From contig NC_043004.1 of the NCBI RefSeq assembly GCF_006345805.1, positions 103,416,001 to 103,480,000 of the forward strand: a stretch of 64,000 bases of DNA, in the 5' to 3' direction. Below the pieces are notes generated by a model. It had not been told where the DNA came from, did not search any database, and saw only the letters and a program-made list of their open reading frames with translations. Of the stretch, positions 1 to 13,181 are shown in pieces (the stretch's first letter is position 1; each line of letters opens with the position of its first letter). The stretch comes from Octopus sinensis (taxonomy: Eukaryota). Both the position numbers and the translations under genes were made by a program.

Positions 1-1529
1 TTTATTCCGTCTATATTCAGTTGTCTCTGAATTAATGTATCTTCTGGCAACTGAATTCATTTACTGACAGAACTATTCTAGAATTTGTAATGTCATTGTT
101 AGTAATTAAAATTATCAGCTGACAGCTGATGGTTTCATAGACAGCATACTGAGATTGAGTTGACTGTACTTACAGGTACAATCATCTTAATATGAAGATG
201 GTTCTATCAAATCTCTAATCTCACTTACCATTAAACACATACAAACACACACATATAATATATACACTATATTCCATAGTCTAGTGTCAAAATAATCATC
301 ATTTTCTTTACATGGTTTTTTTATTGGGATATTTCCAAATCTATCCTAAATTTTATATCAGTTCCTATACTGTAATGAATTGCAATTGGCTGTGACCTCC
401 AAAAGACAATGTTTTTATTTTGTTGCTTTTTATGACTTGCTGCTGTTGTTATTATCCATACTTGGGGTTAGGGTGAATCTGGGTTTGTTATCTTCAATTT
501 CATTTGAACTTAAAGATATTCCAGAAGGAGTTTAAATTATTTTGAAGATTGTCATCATAGATATTGTTGTTGTTGATTAATCAATTATGGTGGTGTTGAT
601 TAAATAAACTACATGCTATCTTTAAATTTTACTGCCTTGTTAGGAACCATTATCATTATTTGTCTCATTAGCCAAATGGATAAGATTCTAGTGTTTTCTT
701 TGCTTAGATGTTCCTGTCATGATCTTATTTGCTTGACCCTTGATTATTAGAGAAATTGATATTTATCATTGTGATATCATCACCTTTTAATGTCCACTTT
801 TCCATGCTTGCATGGGTCAGACAGAGTTTATTGAGGCAGATTTTGTACAGTTGGATGCCCTTCCTGTCATCAACCCTCACTTGTTCCCAAGTAAGGTAAT
901 ATTTCCCTATGGCCTGACATGTTTTCACAGAATATTGGGAACAAACAACTGTTTGTATGATGGTAACACTTAGTTACGACTATTACGTTATGCCAGGACA
1001 AAGAGGCACAAACACACACATGCACCTATATAAATATATATATACTTTGGGCTTCTTTTAGTTTCCATCCACTAAATCCAAAATCCACTCGCAAGGCTTT
1101 GGATGGTCTTGGGCTATAGTATGAGACATTTACCTAAGATACTACACAGTGGGACTGAACCTGAAACCATATGGTTGGAAAGCCAACTTCTTAACCATAC
1201 ATTTTCTGTCAGACCTTTTCATTGCATGGTGTATCGATGAGACTTTTGTTGGCTATTAGGGTGTACTCTTATAGTTGGTGTATGACACCCCACTGTACTC
1301 TTCCTTCTGTACTTCATTATCCTTTGACACTTTTAACATCAAAGTACTTGCAGATTAAAACTCTGCCATTTTCCCATAACCTGCTACAAACACTCATCTT
1401 ATTCACATGTAATTTGGACACTTCTCCCACTAAACATACAACTTCCTCCATGAACACTTAAGCTTGAAAACATCCTTGAATGGAGATATGGCTCTGGGGT
1501 AGTTAAAGAAACATTTGCCACACAATATT

Positions 1530-1936
1530 TCGAGTGTGATCGTTACCAGTGTCGCCCTACTGGCACTTGTGCGCTGTGCAAGTGGGTTGCTAAGAGCACC
1601 ATCTGAACGTGATCGTTGCCAGAGCGGTTAACTGGCTTCTGTGCTGGTGGCACGTAAAAGGCACCATTTGAGTGTGATTGTTACCAGCGTCACCTTACTG
1701 GCACATGAAAAACATTCGAGCGTGGTCGTTGCCAGTACCGCCTGACTGGCCCCCGTGCCGGTGGCATGTAAAAGCACCCACTACACTCTCGGATTGGTTG
1801 GCGTTAGGAAGGGCATCCAGCTGTAGAAACTCTGACAAATCAGATTGGAGCCTGGTGCAGCCATCTGGTTCGCCAGTCCTCAGTCAAATCGTCCAACCCA
1901 TGCCAACATGGAAAGCGGACGTTAAACAATGATGAT
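1530..1936 (+). mobile_element. SINE family A (internal tandem units, GGCGTTAGGAAGGGCATCCAGC core, (GAT)n tail)
   Basis: Matches many other copies in the window. Confidence 0.85.
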
Positions 1937-1967
1937 ATATATATACATATATATATATTGTGGTACG

Positions 1968-2265
1968 TGAAGGTGCATGGCTTAGCGGTTAGGATATTTA
2001 GCTCATGATTGTTAGGTCCTGGGTTCAATTCCCAGCAACATGTTGTGTTCTTGAACAAGACATTGTATTTCACATTGCTCGAATCCACTCACCTGGCAAA
2101 AATGAGATGCACCTGTATTTCAAAGAGCCAGTCTTGTCACATTCTGTGTCACGCTGAATCTCCCTGAGAACTACATTAAGGGTACATGCGTTTCTGTGGA
2201 GTACTCAGTCACTTGCATGTTAATTTCACGAGTAGGCTGTTCTGTTGATTGGATCAGCTGGAACC
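1968..2265 (+). mobile_element. SINE family E (tRNA head plus CORE-like TTGAACAAGACA)
   Basis: A/B boxes; homologous to 16960-17315. Confidence 0.75.
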
Positions 2266-2699
2266 CAGAGTGCCAGTATATATTGTGCTACAACTTGTCT
2301 ATGCATAATAAACACAATTTAATTTCTCAATATCTCTCCACAAATTCTAGGACGAATGATCTCTCTTAATGATCTCAGTGTGTGCGACAAGACTAACTTT
2401 TTAAATTATATAGTTTATGTGTTAAGCTTCGACACAGTTTCTATCTACTTAACTTCACTTACAAGGCTTGGTTCAACTCAAGATCTCAGGGTTGTAAAAC
2501 CGAGTATGAAACCATTCAGCAGTGTTGCAAATAAAATGTTTACAGGGGCAGTTTTGTTCATATTATGTACAATTAACCCTTTCACATTTAATCCAGCCAT
2601 ATCTGGCCCAAATATTCTACTTGTTTTATGTTAAATCTGACCAGATCCAACCTCTCACACCTACCCTACAATGTCATTCTAAAAATATACAAATGCACC

Positions 2700-2997
2700 A
2701 TCCAAATCGTGGCCAATGCCAGTGCCGCCTCGACTGTCTTCCATGCCGGTGGCACGTAAAAGGCACCATCCGATCGTGGCCGTTTCCCAGCCATGTCTGG
2801 CCCCTGTGCCGGTGGCACATAAAAAGCACCCACTACACTCACGGAGTGGTTGGCGTTAGGAAGGGCATCCAGCTGTAGAAACACTGCCAGATCAGACTGG
2901 AGCCTGGTGCAGCCTTCTGGCTTCCCAGATCCCCGGTCAAACTGTCCAACCCATGCCAGCATGGAGAACGGACGTTAAACGATGATGATGATGATGA
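2700..2997 (+). mobile_element. SINE family A
   Basis: Same core and tail. Confidence 0.85.
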
Positions 2998-3224
2998 CCA
3001 TTAAAATTTTAAAGCTACAAAATAACGTGGTTTATAGGTGCAAGCATGGCTGTGATAAGAAGCTTGCTTCCCAACCACGTGATTCCAAGTTCTGTCCCAT
3101 TGCATGGCACCTTGGGCAAGTGTCTTTTACTATAGCCTCAGGCTGACCAAAGCCTTATGAGTGGATTTGGTAGATGAAAACTGAAAGAAGCTCGTGTGTG
3201 TGTGTGTATAGCCATTACTTTTAG

Positions 3225-4120
3225 CTTACTTTAGAAGCAAATTGCATGTAATTTTGTTTACAGCTGTTAGTTCAGTGTCAATTTTAACATGGAGTGCAAA
3301 AACGAACATTTTTGACTTATTTTGCGTTTTTATTTCTGTAAATGCAAGAAAGCTGCTGGGGCTCAGAAAGAGATATGTGAAGTTTATGGTGTTGGTTGCT
3401 TAACAGAATGCACATGTCAGAAATGGTTTAAAGAATTCTGTTCTGCAGATTTTTCATTCAAAGATGACCAACATTCTGGTTGACCTACTGAAGTTGATGA
3501 CCAAATCAAAGCCATAATTGAATCTGATTGTCATATAACTGTGCAACAGATTGCAGAGGGGTTAAATGTATCACACAACAATTGGAAATCTCTTAAAATG
3601 CCTTGGACCCATTAAGAAGCTCAACATTTGGGCTCCACATAATTTGAAAGAGATGCACTTAACACAACGAATCAATATTTGCGATATGCATCTCAAACGC
3701 AATGAAAATGACCTTTCTTGTAACAAATCATCACTGGTGATGAAAAATGGATTGTCTACAAGAACATCAATTAAAAACAATAATGATCCAAACATAATTA
3801 ACCAAATCACACCAAAAGCTGAATTGCATAAAAAAAAAGGTCATGCTGTCAATTTGGTGGGATTCCAAAGGTGTTGTGTATTTTGAACTGCTTCCAAGGA
3901 ACCAAATGATCAGTTCAGATGTTTACTGTCAACAGCTAATGAACCTGGTGGAAGCAATCAAAGAAAATCGGCCAGAATTGGCAAATCGTAAAGTAATCGT
4001 ATTCCACCATGACAACGCTAGACAACACACGTCTTTGCTAACACGTGAAAAATAATTTTTAAAAGTTAACTTTTATCTCAAACTAAAAAACTAAAATTAC
4101 TTTCTTGCAAACCCAATGTA
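3225..4120 (+). mobile_element. Decayed mariner transposon (frameshifted, 3'-deleted transposase)
   Basis: ATG 3289 MECKNEHF; motifs WAPHNL, ITGDEKWIVY, VMLSIWWDSKGVVYFELLP, FHHDNARQHT; mariner-like end AAATTACTTTCTTGCAAACCCAAT near 4094-4117. Confidence 0.9.
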
Positions 4121-5794
4121 TTTATATATATATATACCATTATCATTTAATGTCTGCTTTCTATGGCGACACAGCAGTCAAAAAATAATAAAAAATAGGG
4201 ATTCTCATAGAAAAAAAGCACCTTTTTGATGTAAATAATTTTGGGTCAGATTTGAATTTTTTCTTTTACAGAAGGAAGAGCAAGCCTTCTTCTATCGTAC
4301 TCTCAATTTTGGTCAACTTGCGCCACAGGATCTCAGAGGAGATAGTGTTAGTTGAAGGCTACCAAACCTTCCATACACAGACAACTTCAGCTTTATATAT
4401 ATATATATTTATATATAAACAAGAATATTGTTGTGATAGGGACTTCAAAGTCCGGCCAGCTAGCCATTGGTAGTCCAATGATGGCTTAACTGGCAGAAAC
4501 TTCAAAGTCACTGTCAACAACATTCTTGTTTGAGAATAATAAATTTGTCCTCTACAGTAGTGTAGAGTAACCCATTAGATTAATGTAAAATGGTTTCGAT
4601 TACAACTGAACATTAAAGAAAACACATTAATATATGTATATATATATATGTATGTATATATTCATATAAATATATTTGAATGATTTCTAACTAGGCACCA
4701 TTGCAGTACATTTTAGAAGGGCTGTAGTCAATTTAATCAACCTCATTAAATGTCTGGTACTTACTTTACAAACCTCACCCCAGACAGATGAAGGGCAAAG
4801 TTGAACTCTGTATATAAAGGAACACATGTGAATACAAAGAAGTATTCAATCTGGTGTACTATTCTACCAATAGCTGATGACATCAGTAGTAAATAAAAAA
4901 ATAAAAAGACCTTTACTATGTGAAATATTCTGTCAACCATTTACACAATTTTAATATAAAAATATTTATTATGACTATTTTCTCTAAATAGATGTGATTT
5001 CAGACATACTTTATATACTTGTCAATATGTTTTTAAGTGTTTATACAAATAGCAATAAATTGTTTTAGTAATCTTGTTATTGTTTATGTGATGATTTGTT
5101 CTCTGAACTTCCACAGTCATGGTATGTCGCAAGTATCATCACCATCGCTGTTTAATTACCCATTTTCCATGCTGGCAGGAGTTGGATAGTCTGACATGAA
5201 CTATCGAGCCAGAGAACCGTGCCATGTGTCCAGTGTTTGCATTGACATATATTCTACAGCTGGATGCCCTTCCTAATGCCAACCACTTTACAGTATCGAC
5301 TCGGTGTTATTTATGTGGCACCAGTACTAGTGACATCAAGACAACACAAAACAAGACCCCTCATCGGCGTTGGGGTAGATTATTGAAAGGAGAGAGTATA
5401 ATAGAGACGGGAACAGATGTCTTTCGAAAGAGAAGATACATGTCTTTCCCACCTGGAAAGAGAGATCTGATGACGCAATGTATGGAATTTTGTGTGTTGG
5501 AGTGGTTCAACAACTCTTGTATAAATCCTGGTGAACCTTTCCATCCCAGTAGGTCTGCTTCATCAACGTTGACAACAACAATAAGTAAAGAAAAAAAAAA
5601 AGATTTAACTGAAGTCACCATGTTACATCCACTTTTCTATGCTTGCATGGATGAGGCAGATTTTCTACAGCTGGGATACCCTTCCTGTCACCCACCCTTA
5701 ATTGTTTCCAAGCAAGGCAATACTTCCCCATAACCAGACATGGAGACTGGAAACAACACTTGTATGACTGATGCTTGTTTACAACCAGTGATAT

Positions 5795-6400
5795 ATTTTA
5801 CTTGCTTCAGTTATTGGTCTGCAGTCTTGGGGTACCATCAATCTTGAAGGGTGAAACCAAACAAATCAACCCAGGTGCTTAAATTTTTTAAAAGCCTGGT
5901 ATTTATTCTACTGATCTATAATGCTGAACCACTAAGTTACAGGGATGTAAACAAACCACCACTGGTTGTCAAGTAGTGGCAGGAAACAATCACAAATACA
6001 CATACGTGCTATAGGCATCTTTCAGTTTCTTATTTCTTTATTGCCCACAAGGGGCTAAACATAGAGGGGACAGACAAAGGGATTAAGTCAATTACATCGA
6101 CCCCAGTGCGCATCTGGTACTTAAGTTATCGACCCCGAAAGGATGAAAGGCAAAGTCAACCTTGGCGGAATTTGAACTCAGAATGTAACGTCAGATGAAA
6201 TACCTCTAAGCATTTCGCCCAGCGTGCTAACGTTTCTGCCAGCTCGCCACCTTTCAGTTTCTGTCTACCAAATCCATTCACAAGGTATTGGTCAAATGGA
6301 GCCTATAGTAAACACTTGCTCAAGGTACCATGCAGTGGGACTGAACCCAGAACCATGTGGTTGGGAAGCAAACTTCTTACCACACAGCTATGTCTGTACC
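5795..6400 (-). mobile_element. SINE B interrupted by a SINE C insertion (6031-6250)
   Basis: 12-bp TSD CTTTCAGTTTCT at 6019-6030 and 6251-6262. Confidence 0.85.
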
Positions 6401-6859
6401 TATATTTAGAAACCTTGCTCTTATAAAGATTATGCAGCAATGACTTCTAAAAGTATGCAGAGCCACTAACAAAAAGAATTTTTAAAAAATTTGATATTGG
6501 AATTATCAGGAAACAGAGAAGCCAATAACCTGTGTTAATATTTAAGTGTAATAAATGAGGCTATGAATATAACCTTCATTAAGAATTTAAATAGATTCAA
6601 GACACAAGCTGATAGCAAAAACAGTTGAAATATTATTTGGCAACAAGTATATTTACAAATATGTATGGGAGCCTCTACATAATTGTTATTTGACCTACAG
6701 GAAACATTCTTCAAATCACAGCCCATTTTCACCTTAAGAAGCAGGGTAGTATACATTAGATAATGTAGTCCTAGGTACCTCGAAAAAGATGGACTAGCCC
6801 TGGCTGGATTACTTTCAATCATAGGTTCTCTCAATGAAAGTTGACCTACAGGATTCTTC

Positions 6860-8370
6860 TCCTCCTCATCATCATCATTTAACATCTGTCTTCCACGCTG
6901 GTATGGAATGGATGGTTTGAAAGGGAACTGGCTAACCAGAGGACTGTCTGCTTTGGCATGGTTTTTACAGCTAGAAGCCCTAACACCAACCATTTTACAC
7001 AGTGGACTGAGTGCCTTTCATATGGCACCACCACTGACAATGTCTGTTTTGGCATGGTTTTCACAGCCACATGCCTTTCCTAATGCCAACCACTTTACAG
7101 AAGTGACTGGGTGCTTTTTACATGGCAGCAGCACTGGTGAGGTTTGTTTTGGCATGGTTTTCACAGCCAGATGCCCTTCCTAACACCAATCACTTTACAT
7201 AGTAGAGTGAGTGCTTTCACATGGCACCAGTACCAGCCAGCCGAATCCCCAATAAATCACAATGAAATTGAAATCAAATTTAATGACAGTACCGCATGAC
7301 TGGCATCCGTTGTTTGTATGACAGAGATACTTATTCACAACTATCATATGATGTCTGGATAAGGAGACACACATGCATATATATAAATATGTGTGTATGT
7401 GCCGGTGGCACGTAAAATGCACCAATTCGACCATGGCCATTGCCAGCCTCGCCCGGCACCTGTGCAGGTGGCACGTAAAAAGCACCCACTACACTCACGG
7501 CGTGGTTGGCGTTAGGAAGGGCATCCAGCCGTAGAAATATTGCCAGATAAGACTGGAGCCTGGTGCAGCCTTCTGGCTTCCCAGATCCCCGGTCGAACCG
7601 TCCAACCCATGCTAGCATGGAGAACAGACGTTAAACGATGATGATGATGTGTATATATATATGTATGTTTGTGTGCCTGTGTATATGATGGGTATCTTTC
7701 AGTTTTTATATCAGATCCACTCACAAAGCTTTTTTCAGCTTGGATTTATAGTAGAAGACACTTACCCAAGGTGCCATGCTGTGGGTAGGATCATGGGGTT
7801 TGAAAGCAAACTTATCAACCACATGCATATCACATACACAACCTACTTACAGATACTTGTTTCTTCTTTAGCTTAGAGTAAACCCTGCTATGAAAGGTAT
7901 TTCAACTGTAACTCTCCTGCTTTTGTTTTGCATCCCACCACACTGTTCATCATCATCATCATCATCATTTAACATCTGCTTTCCATGCTGGCATGGGTTG
8001 GAGGGTTTGACCGGGAGGCTGCACCAGGCTCCAATCTGATCTGGTAGAGTTCCTATAGCTGGATTCCCTTCCTAACGCCAACCACTCCGAGAGTGTAGTG
8101 GGTGCTTTTTATGTGCCACCGGCACGACGGCCAGTCAGGCAGTACTGGCAACGGCTACGCTCAAATGATGTTTTTTATGTGCCACCTGCACAGGAGCTAG
8201 TCCAGCGGAACTGGCAACAACCTCGCTACAATGTTTTTTCACGTGCCAGTAATGTGACACAGGTAACGATCACGCTCGAATGGTGCATTTTACGTGCCAC
8301 CAGCATGGAAGACAGTTTGTTGCTCTGGCAATGATCACGCTCGGATGGTGCTCTTAGCGCTCCACTAGCA
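6860..8370. mobile_element. Cluster of SINE A copies (6860-7235 minus, 7400-7648 plus, 7947-8370 minus) with a SINE B head (7680-7850 minus)
   Basis: Same cores and tails in alternating orientation. Confidence 0.8.
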
Positions 8371-9169
8371 AATATGATTAATATAACAAGGTGAACAATT
8401 GCTTTATACATATACACACACACATACACAGATGTATATAACTTCTCATGTGAGGCGCACCAGTAACTTTATTTGATTCAATCATGCACAGGTGTAGCTG
8501 TCTCACTGCATGGTACCTTGGACCAGTGGTGGCTCATAGATAAGATTATTTGGGGTGCTACTTCAGAAAATTTTTAGCCATTGTTTTAATATTGTGTAAA
8601 AGGAAACAAACATATAAGAAGAAAATTTGTACATAAATTTGATAGGTTCGCGTTTTAGCCACTGCTAGGTAGTGTGTTTAATTTGTTCACTGAACACCGC
8701 CATGATTTGCCCCTTGTTTTTCAAAAGTGACCCCTAAATCACAAAACGGTTGTGGGGGGAATGTGCCCTATTTTTCAAATCCTGGCAGCAAAACTGTAGC
8801 TGGAAGCAGGATAATAATCGAATTCTATACTTTATCACATTCAAGAATATAAACACGTTTTTAAACACAATACATGCGAAGTCAAAATGAAATATTACCT
8901 TTCACCAGCACACCAGGGTAGGCACTGCATGAACCACAGTGCTCTCTCTCCCTAGCATGCAGCTTCCTATCTCGAACACATGAGCATGCACACCACAGCC
9001 AAACACTGCGAACTGTGAAGCGCACAGTTCCATAGAAGAATTTTTGTATTTTTTTCATAAACTAGGGGATAGCTACTGACATTAAGCTTAAGGATTATAC
9101 AATGTACAAATATAAAGAAAGAATTAAAGAAGAAAAGGACTCATTATATTGGATGTCAATAATATATTA

Positions 9170-9660
9170 ACATCCATGTTCCATGCTGGCATGATGTGGA
9201 TGGTTTAACAGGTTCTGATGTGGGCCAAAGACTGCATCATGCTTCAGTGTCTACTTTGGTATGGTTTCTAGAGCTGGATTTCCTTCCTGAAACCTGCCAC
9301 TTTACAACAACAAGTACTTGGTGCTCTTTTTGTACCATCAGCACCAACGAGGTCATCATGCAGCTTGCAAGACAACGAACTCCAATGGAGTAGGGAGGGA
9401 TTGTCAGGTTTATGTTAAGAGATGAGTTAAAGTATGAGAGACTGGTGGGAGCACATTCATCATCATCATTATCATCATTTAGCATCTGTTTTCCATGTTC
9501 ATGGCATGGGTTAGATGGTTTGACTTTAACTGGCAAGCTGGAGACAGGTAACCAGGCTCCAGTTTGTTTTGGGTTGGTTTCTAAGGCCGGATGCCTTTCC
9601 TAATGCCAACCACTCTACAGAGTGTACCGGATACCTTTTATGTGTCACCAGCACAGGTTA
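9170..9660 (-). mobile_element. Two degenerate SINE A copies
   Basis: Core GATGCCTTTCCTAATGCCAACCAC and (CAT)n. Confidence 0.65.
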
Positions 9661-11768
9661 TGGTCATATTTTAATTTTGAACATTGAAACTGATAAGGCC
9701 TTGTTTCTGTAAGAGACCAATAATGGGTTAAATATTTTGCAAAATCTACTTGGATGCTTGATGTCAATCAGATATTGCCCCTTTACTGTTTAAGTCAAGG
9801 TAACTTGTTTATCTTTAATTGACAGCATTCTCACAATGCCAAACCATAAGATTTATAGGAATAGTACCCAGAGTGGGAGCCCAAACATATGCCATCTGGA
9901 TCTTTACCCATTATTCTGATTGGGAAGCTAAAGCAGTAGTGCTATCTCTTGGTCAAAATGAACAACACATAGGCTGACAAAGGAGTTATGATGGGTTTCC
10001 GAATTACAGTCAACAGACTGAACCAAAACAGTTCTTTGTACCTACCAATAAAAATCAATATTGTGAAAGAAATACATTAGAAAAAAAAAAGGTTTACAGG
10101 TTAATATGAAATGGATTTAATTGTGTTCTTGTGAAGCATTCTTCAAATACAAAAACATTTAAACATAATGATTTCATCTTTATGTATAATGGTTGTATAA
10201 ACATGAAGCCTTATAACAGGAATTACATTTTTAATTAAAAGAAAAATTATATAATTGTCATTTGTACTAATTTCAAATTATAGCTATCACACTATAATGT
10301 TTGGCATTCTAAGAAACTCCCAAATAATCTAAGAAAACTGTTGAGTCTTCATTTTTTTCAACTTTCCACATCTAAATCTCTACTCAATATCCTAAATATA
10401 TACAGGTACAACACCTACTCTCCAGACAGTGATGGTCTGGGATCACTTATAATCCATACTAATTAACGTTAATGTACAAGTAACTGCCAAGTAAATCTAA
10501 TATCTGTTTAATCTAGAGTGTGCTAACCAAGCTGACCACCTCTGGTTTGGGGAAATCAGTAATTCAGAAAGACTTTGAAACCAATGGTTTCAGAAAAACA
10601 ATATTGCACCTGTATTACAAAATCTACCTGTGGATTATCACAAAGGTTTTGCAGTAAAGAAGTTCCACATTATTTCCACTAAAAAGGATGGAAGTTTCTT
10701 CCACATTGTTATGCTTATTAATGAAGGTTAGGGTTGAGAGGAATCTGAAAGAGTTTCCTACCTTGATGAAATTTCTGTTGCTAAAGAACTCTTTTACTTG
10801 TTTCAGTCATTTGACTAAGGCCATGCTGGAGCACCGCCTTTAGTTGAGCAAATCAACCCGAGGACTTATTCTTTGTAAGCCTAGTACTTATTCTATTGGT
10901 TCTCTTTTGCCGAACCGCTAAGTTACTACTAGTAACCTAAAAATTATTTTACCGATACCTAATTGCTTTTCACCGGCTCATTAATTTCTATTGAACTAAT
11001 ATGTGAGCAGCTTTTACCAAAAGGTAAGCATTTTGGAATGATTTTAACACACTTTCAATCCTCATTTAACTGTCAATTAGTACAACTATGGTGACAATAA
11101 GAAGCAGTTACAAAATATCTGCTAGCTGCCCTTGCTAAGAGGGAGCTTCAGTGTAGCCACGCAACTTCTAGAAATAGCAGCCAAACCTTTTCTTAAATCA
11201 CACCCTAACAGCTTAAAAAAAAAGTGGGAGGAAACATGTTAGATAATGAGGTTTTGTATCCCAAAAATAATGGCACATCATTTCTGTTCACAGGTATTTT
11301 TGACCAAGACTAACTCGGGACAAAAAGAAAAATAATGGTAATAATAATTACATCTGAGAAAAGTTAATATTTCAATACTAACATACAACTGGTAGCTTTC
11401 AGAAGATAGCAAGATCTTCGAACTTAAGAGCAAAGTTAAACTAAATAGACCATCCGATACTTTAATGGTAATCACTGTTGTTTGGGAGAAATTCTTAATC
11501 ACAAACAAATCTTATCTTTAAATACAAACAGAAGGATTCGATACGCTGTTTATGGTGGTAAATCAGTCTCAGCATTTAGTAAATGGATTAGTTTTGGATC
11601 TTGTTACTTGCTCCTGGCTGGATTATATTTCTGAGAAAAAAACCATACGGACAGAAGTCCTTAACTAAAAAATTAAAAAATCATAATAATAATAATAAAA
11701 AGATGTTCTCGTGAGATAAAATTAATATTACATTGAATTATCAAACAATAGACTTTAACAAATGTTTT

Positions 11769-11968
11769 CAGAAAAAATAGTGACGGAATCTCAGCACCAC
11801 CAATTCCATCTGACAAATAAATTAATCATACACCCACAGAACATATAAAGACATGGAACGGAGATCGCAGCTGGAATGTGTCACTGGTTGTTGTTGTTGT
11901 TACTGATGAGGTGAGTGGATACTGGTTACAGGGTTGCGCCGGGTTTTACCAAAGTGCTTTCCATAAAA
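11769..11968 (+). repeat. About 200-bp direct duplication, partner 15460-15940 (split by CR1 insert)
   Basis: Shared GGAATCTCAGCACCACCAATTCCATCTGACAAATAAA and AAGACATGGAA..GAGATC.CAGCTGGAATGTGTCA. Confidence 0.9.
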
Positions 11969-12252
11969 TATAAATGGATCTTTTTAAAAAGAAAGTTTAT
12001 TTTTACAATATGTTTTTAGTTTCCAAACTGGCAACAACTCTCTTTGTGTCATATAAAGATAGATAGATATATAGATACACACACACACACACACCCAAAC
12101 AGAATGCATGTATAAAGGGTAATCCTATCTCCACAGTAACACAGTAGAAGACTTGGTTCATCGACTCCGTATGTCCGGAATATAAATATTACCCCGACAT
12201 ACTCATCAACAAGACAGAGAGATTGTGATTATCTAAAGGCATGACTACATCA

Positions 12253-12720
12253 CTAAAGTCTTTGAATATGGATCTGGAATTTGCAGGATGGCATAACTGT
12301 AACTTCAGCCGTGACCACACAGTTGATTCCCAAATTGGAAAGGGCTCCACGTATGATACCACAAGACATGGCTAAATATTTTGGGGCGTTTTCGAGATAC
12401 TGCTTTCCTGAAGACAACTGCACAAGGAAACGAAAACGGTTATCAAGCAATACATACACTCCCATGTGGTTGGTACGTAGGTTGTCCACTTGTTTCTTGT
12501 ACACAGCCATCCAAAAGTCTTTACATATAAATTTCATCGTGTCCAGTTCGTCCTTATATCGGGGCCAGTCGCGGGTAAAGCGCTCCACCAGTGACTGTCC
12601 AACGCGGAATCCTAACGATTCTAGGTGGGAAATACAGTTTTCTTTCTCGTCTTTTGTCGCCGTTCGGTAGACATAGTTAATTATTTCCATGTGTAGGAAT
12701 TCAAACATCACTTCATCCAT
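12253..12720 (-). CDS. TRAPPC6B: Trafficking protein particle complex subunit 6B (TRAPP Bet3-family subunit), single-exon complete ORF, 155 aa
   Basis: ATG-to-stop ORF with family motifs FEFLHME, LESLGFRVGQSLVERF, DELDTMKFICKDFW, KQVDNLRTNHMGVYVLLDNRF, GIIRGALSNLG and MPSCKFQI; length typical of TRAPPC6. Confidence 0.97.
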   Translation of the reverse strand: MDEVMFEFLHMEIINYVYRTATKDEKENCISHLESLGFRVGQSLVERFTRDWPRYKDELDTMKFICKDFWMAVYKKQVDNLRTNHMGVYVLLDNRFRFLVQLSSGKQYLENAPKYLAMSCGIIRGALSNLGINCVVTAEVTVMPSCKFQIHIQRL

Positions 12721-13010
12721 GATTTATGTTTATATTCCGAAAATTTGACAGGAAAATAACCACCGCCTCTCAAACGGAATTGTTGTTATTAAAGAGCTCT
12801 TCACCGGAAGTTCTCAACAGTTATCTACCGTTAGCTGCCACTTGTGTAGCAACGCAACTTTTATATCGATTCCTGTCCGCGAAAGGATTTCAGTCCGCGA
12901 TAACTTTGGCCAGTGATAGGGCAACAGTTCTCAATCTTTGCACCTCGGACCGATTATTAACCAGGCAATTTTCCCACAGACTCAGTGATCGCGCGCATAA
13001 CGAAACACAG
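12721..13010 (-). promoter_or_regulatory. Probable TRAPPC6B promoter/5' region
   Basis: CpG-richer non-repeat stretch directly upstream of the ATG; ETS-type motif ACCGGAAGT at 12803-12811. Confidence 0.5.
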
Positions 13011-13054
13011 TAAAATGCATAAGATATATGATTTAATTATTATGTATATTTTAA

Positions 13055-13145
13055 GGCCCTCATGCTTTCCGAAATCCGCCAAAACTACACCTGATTATAT
13101 ATACACTTTAGATGAGTTGTAGTGCACCTGAACACTGTACACAAA

Positions 13146-13180
<35 letters not shown>
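13055..13180 (+). mobile_element. Deleted CR1 3' end, same family as 15520-15820
   Basis: Shared CTACACCTGATT and GTTGTAGTGCACCTGA blocks, (ATT)n tail. Confidence 0.65.

Positions 13181-13181
<1 letters not shown>

Noticed and set aside
1530-1800. CRISPR-like array of hairpin repeats
   Set aside because: Eukaryotic SINE internal repeats; the spacers are related to each other and there are no cas genes
9009-9035. Helitron 3' end (GAACTGTG/CACAGTTC hairpin)
   Set aside because: No CTRR terminus at the expected distance and no second copy
12281-13013. Plus-strand ORFs 12281-12670 and 12726-13013
   Set aside because: Antisense shadow of TRAPPC6B and its promoter; no recognisable protein
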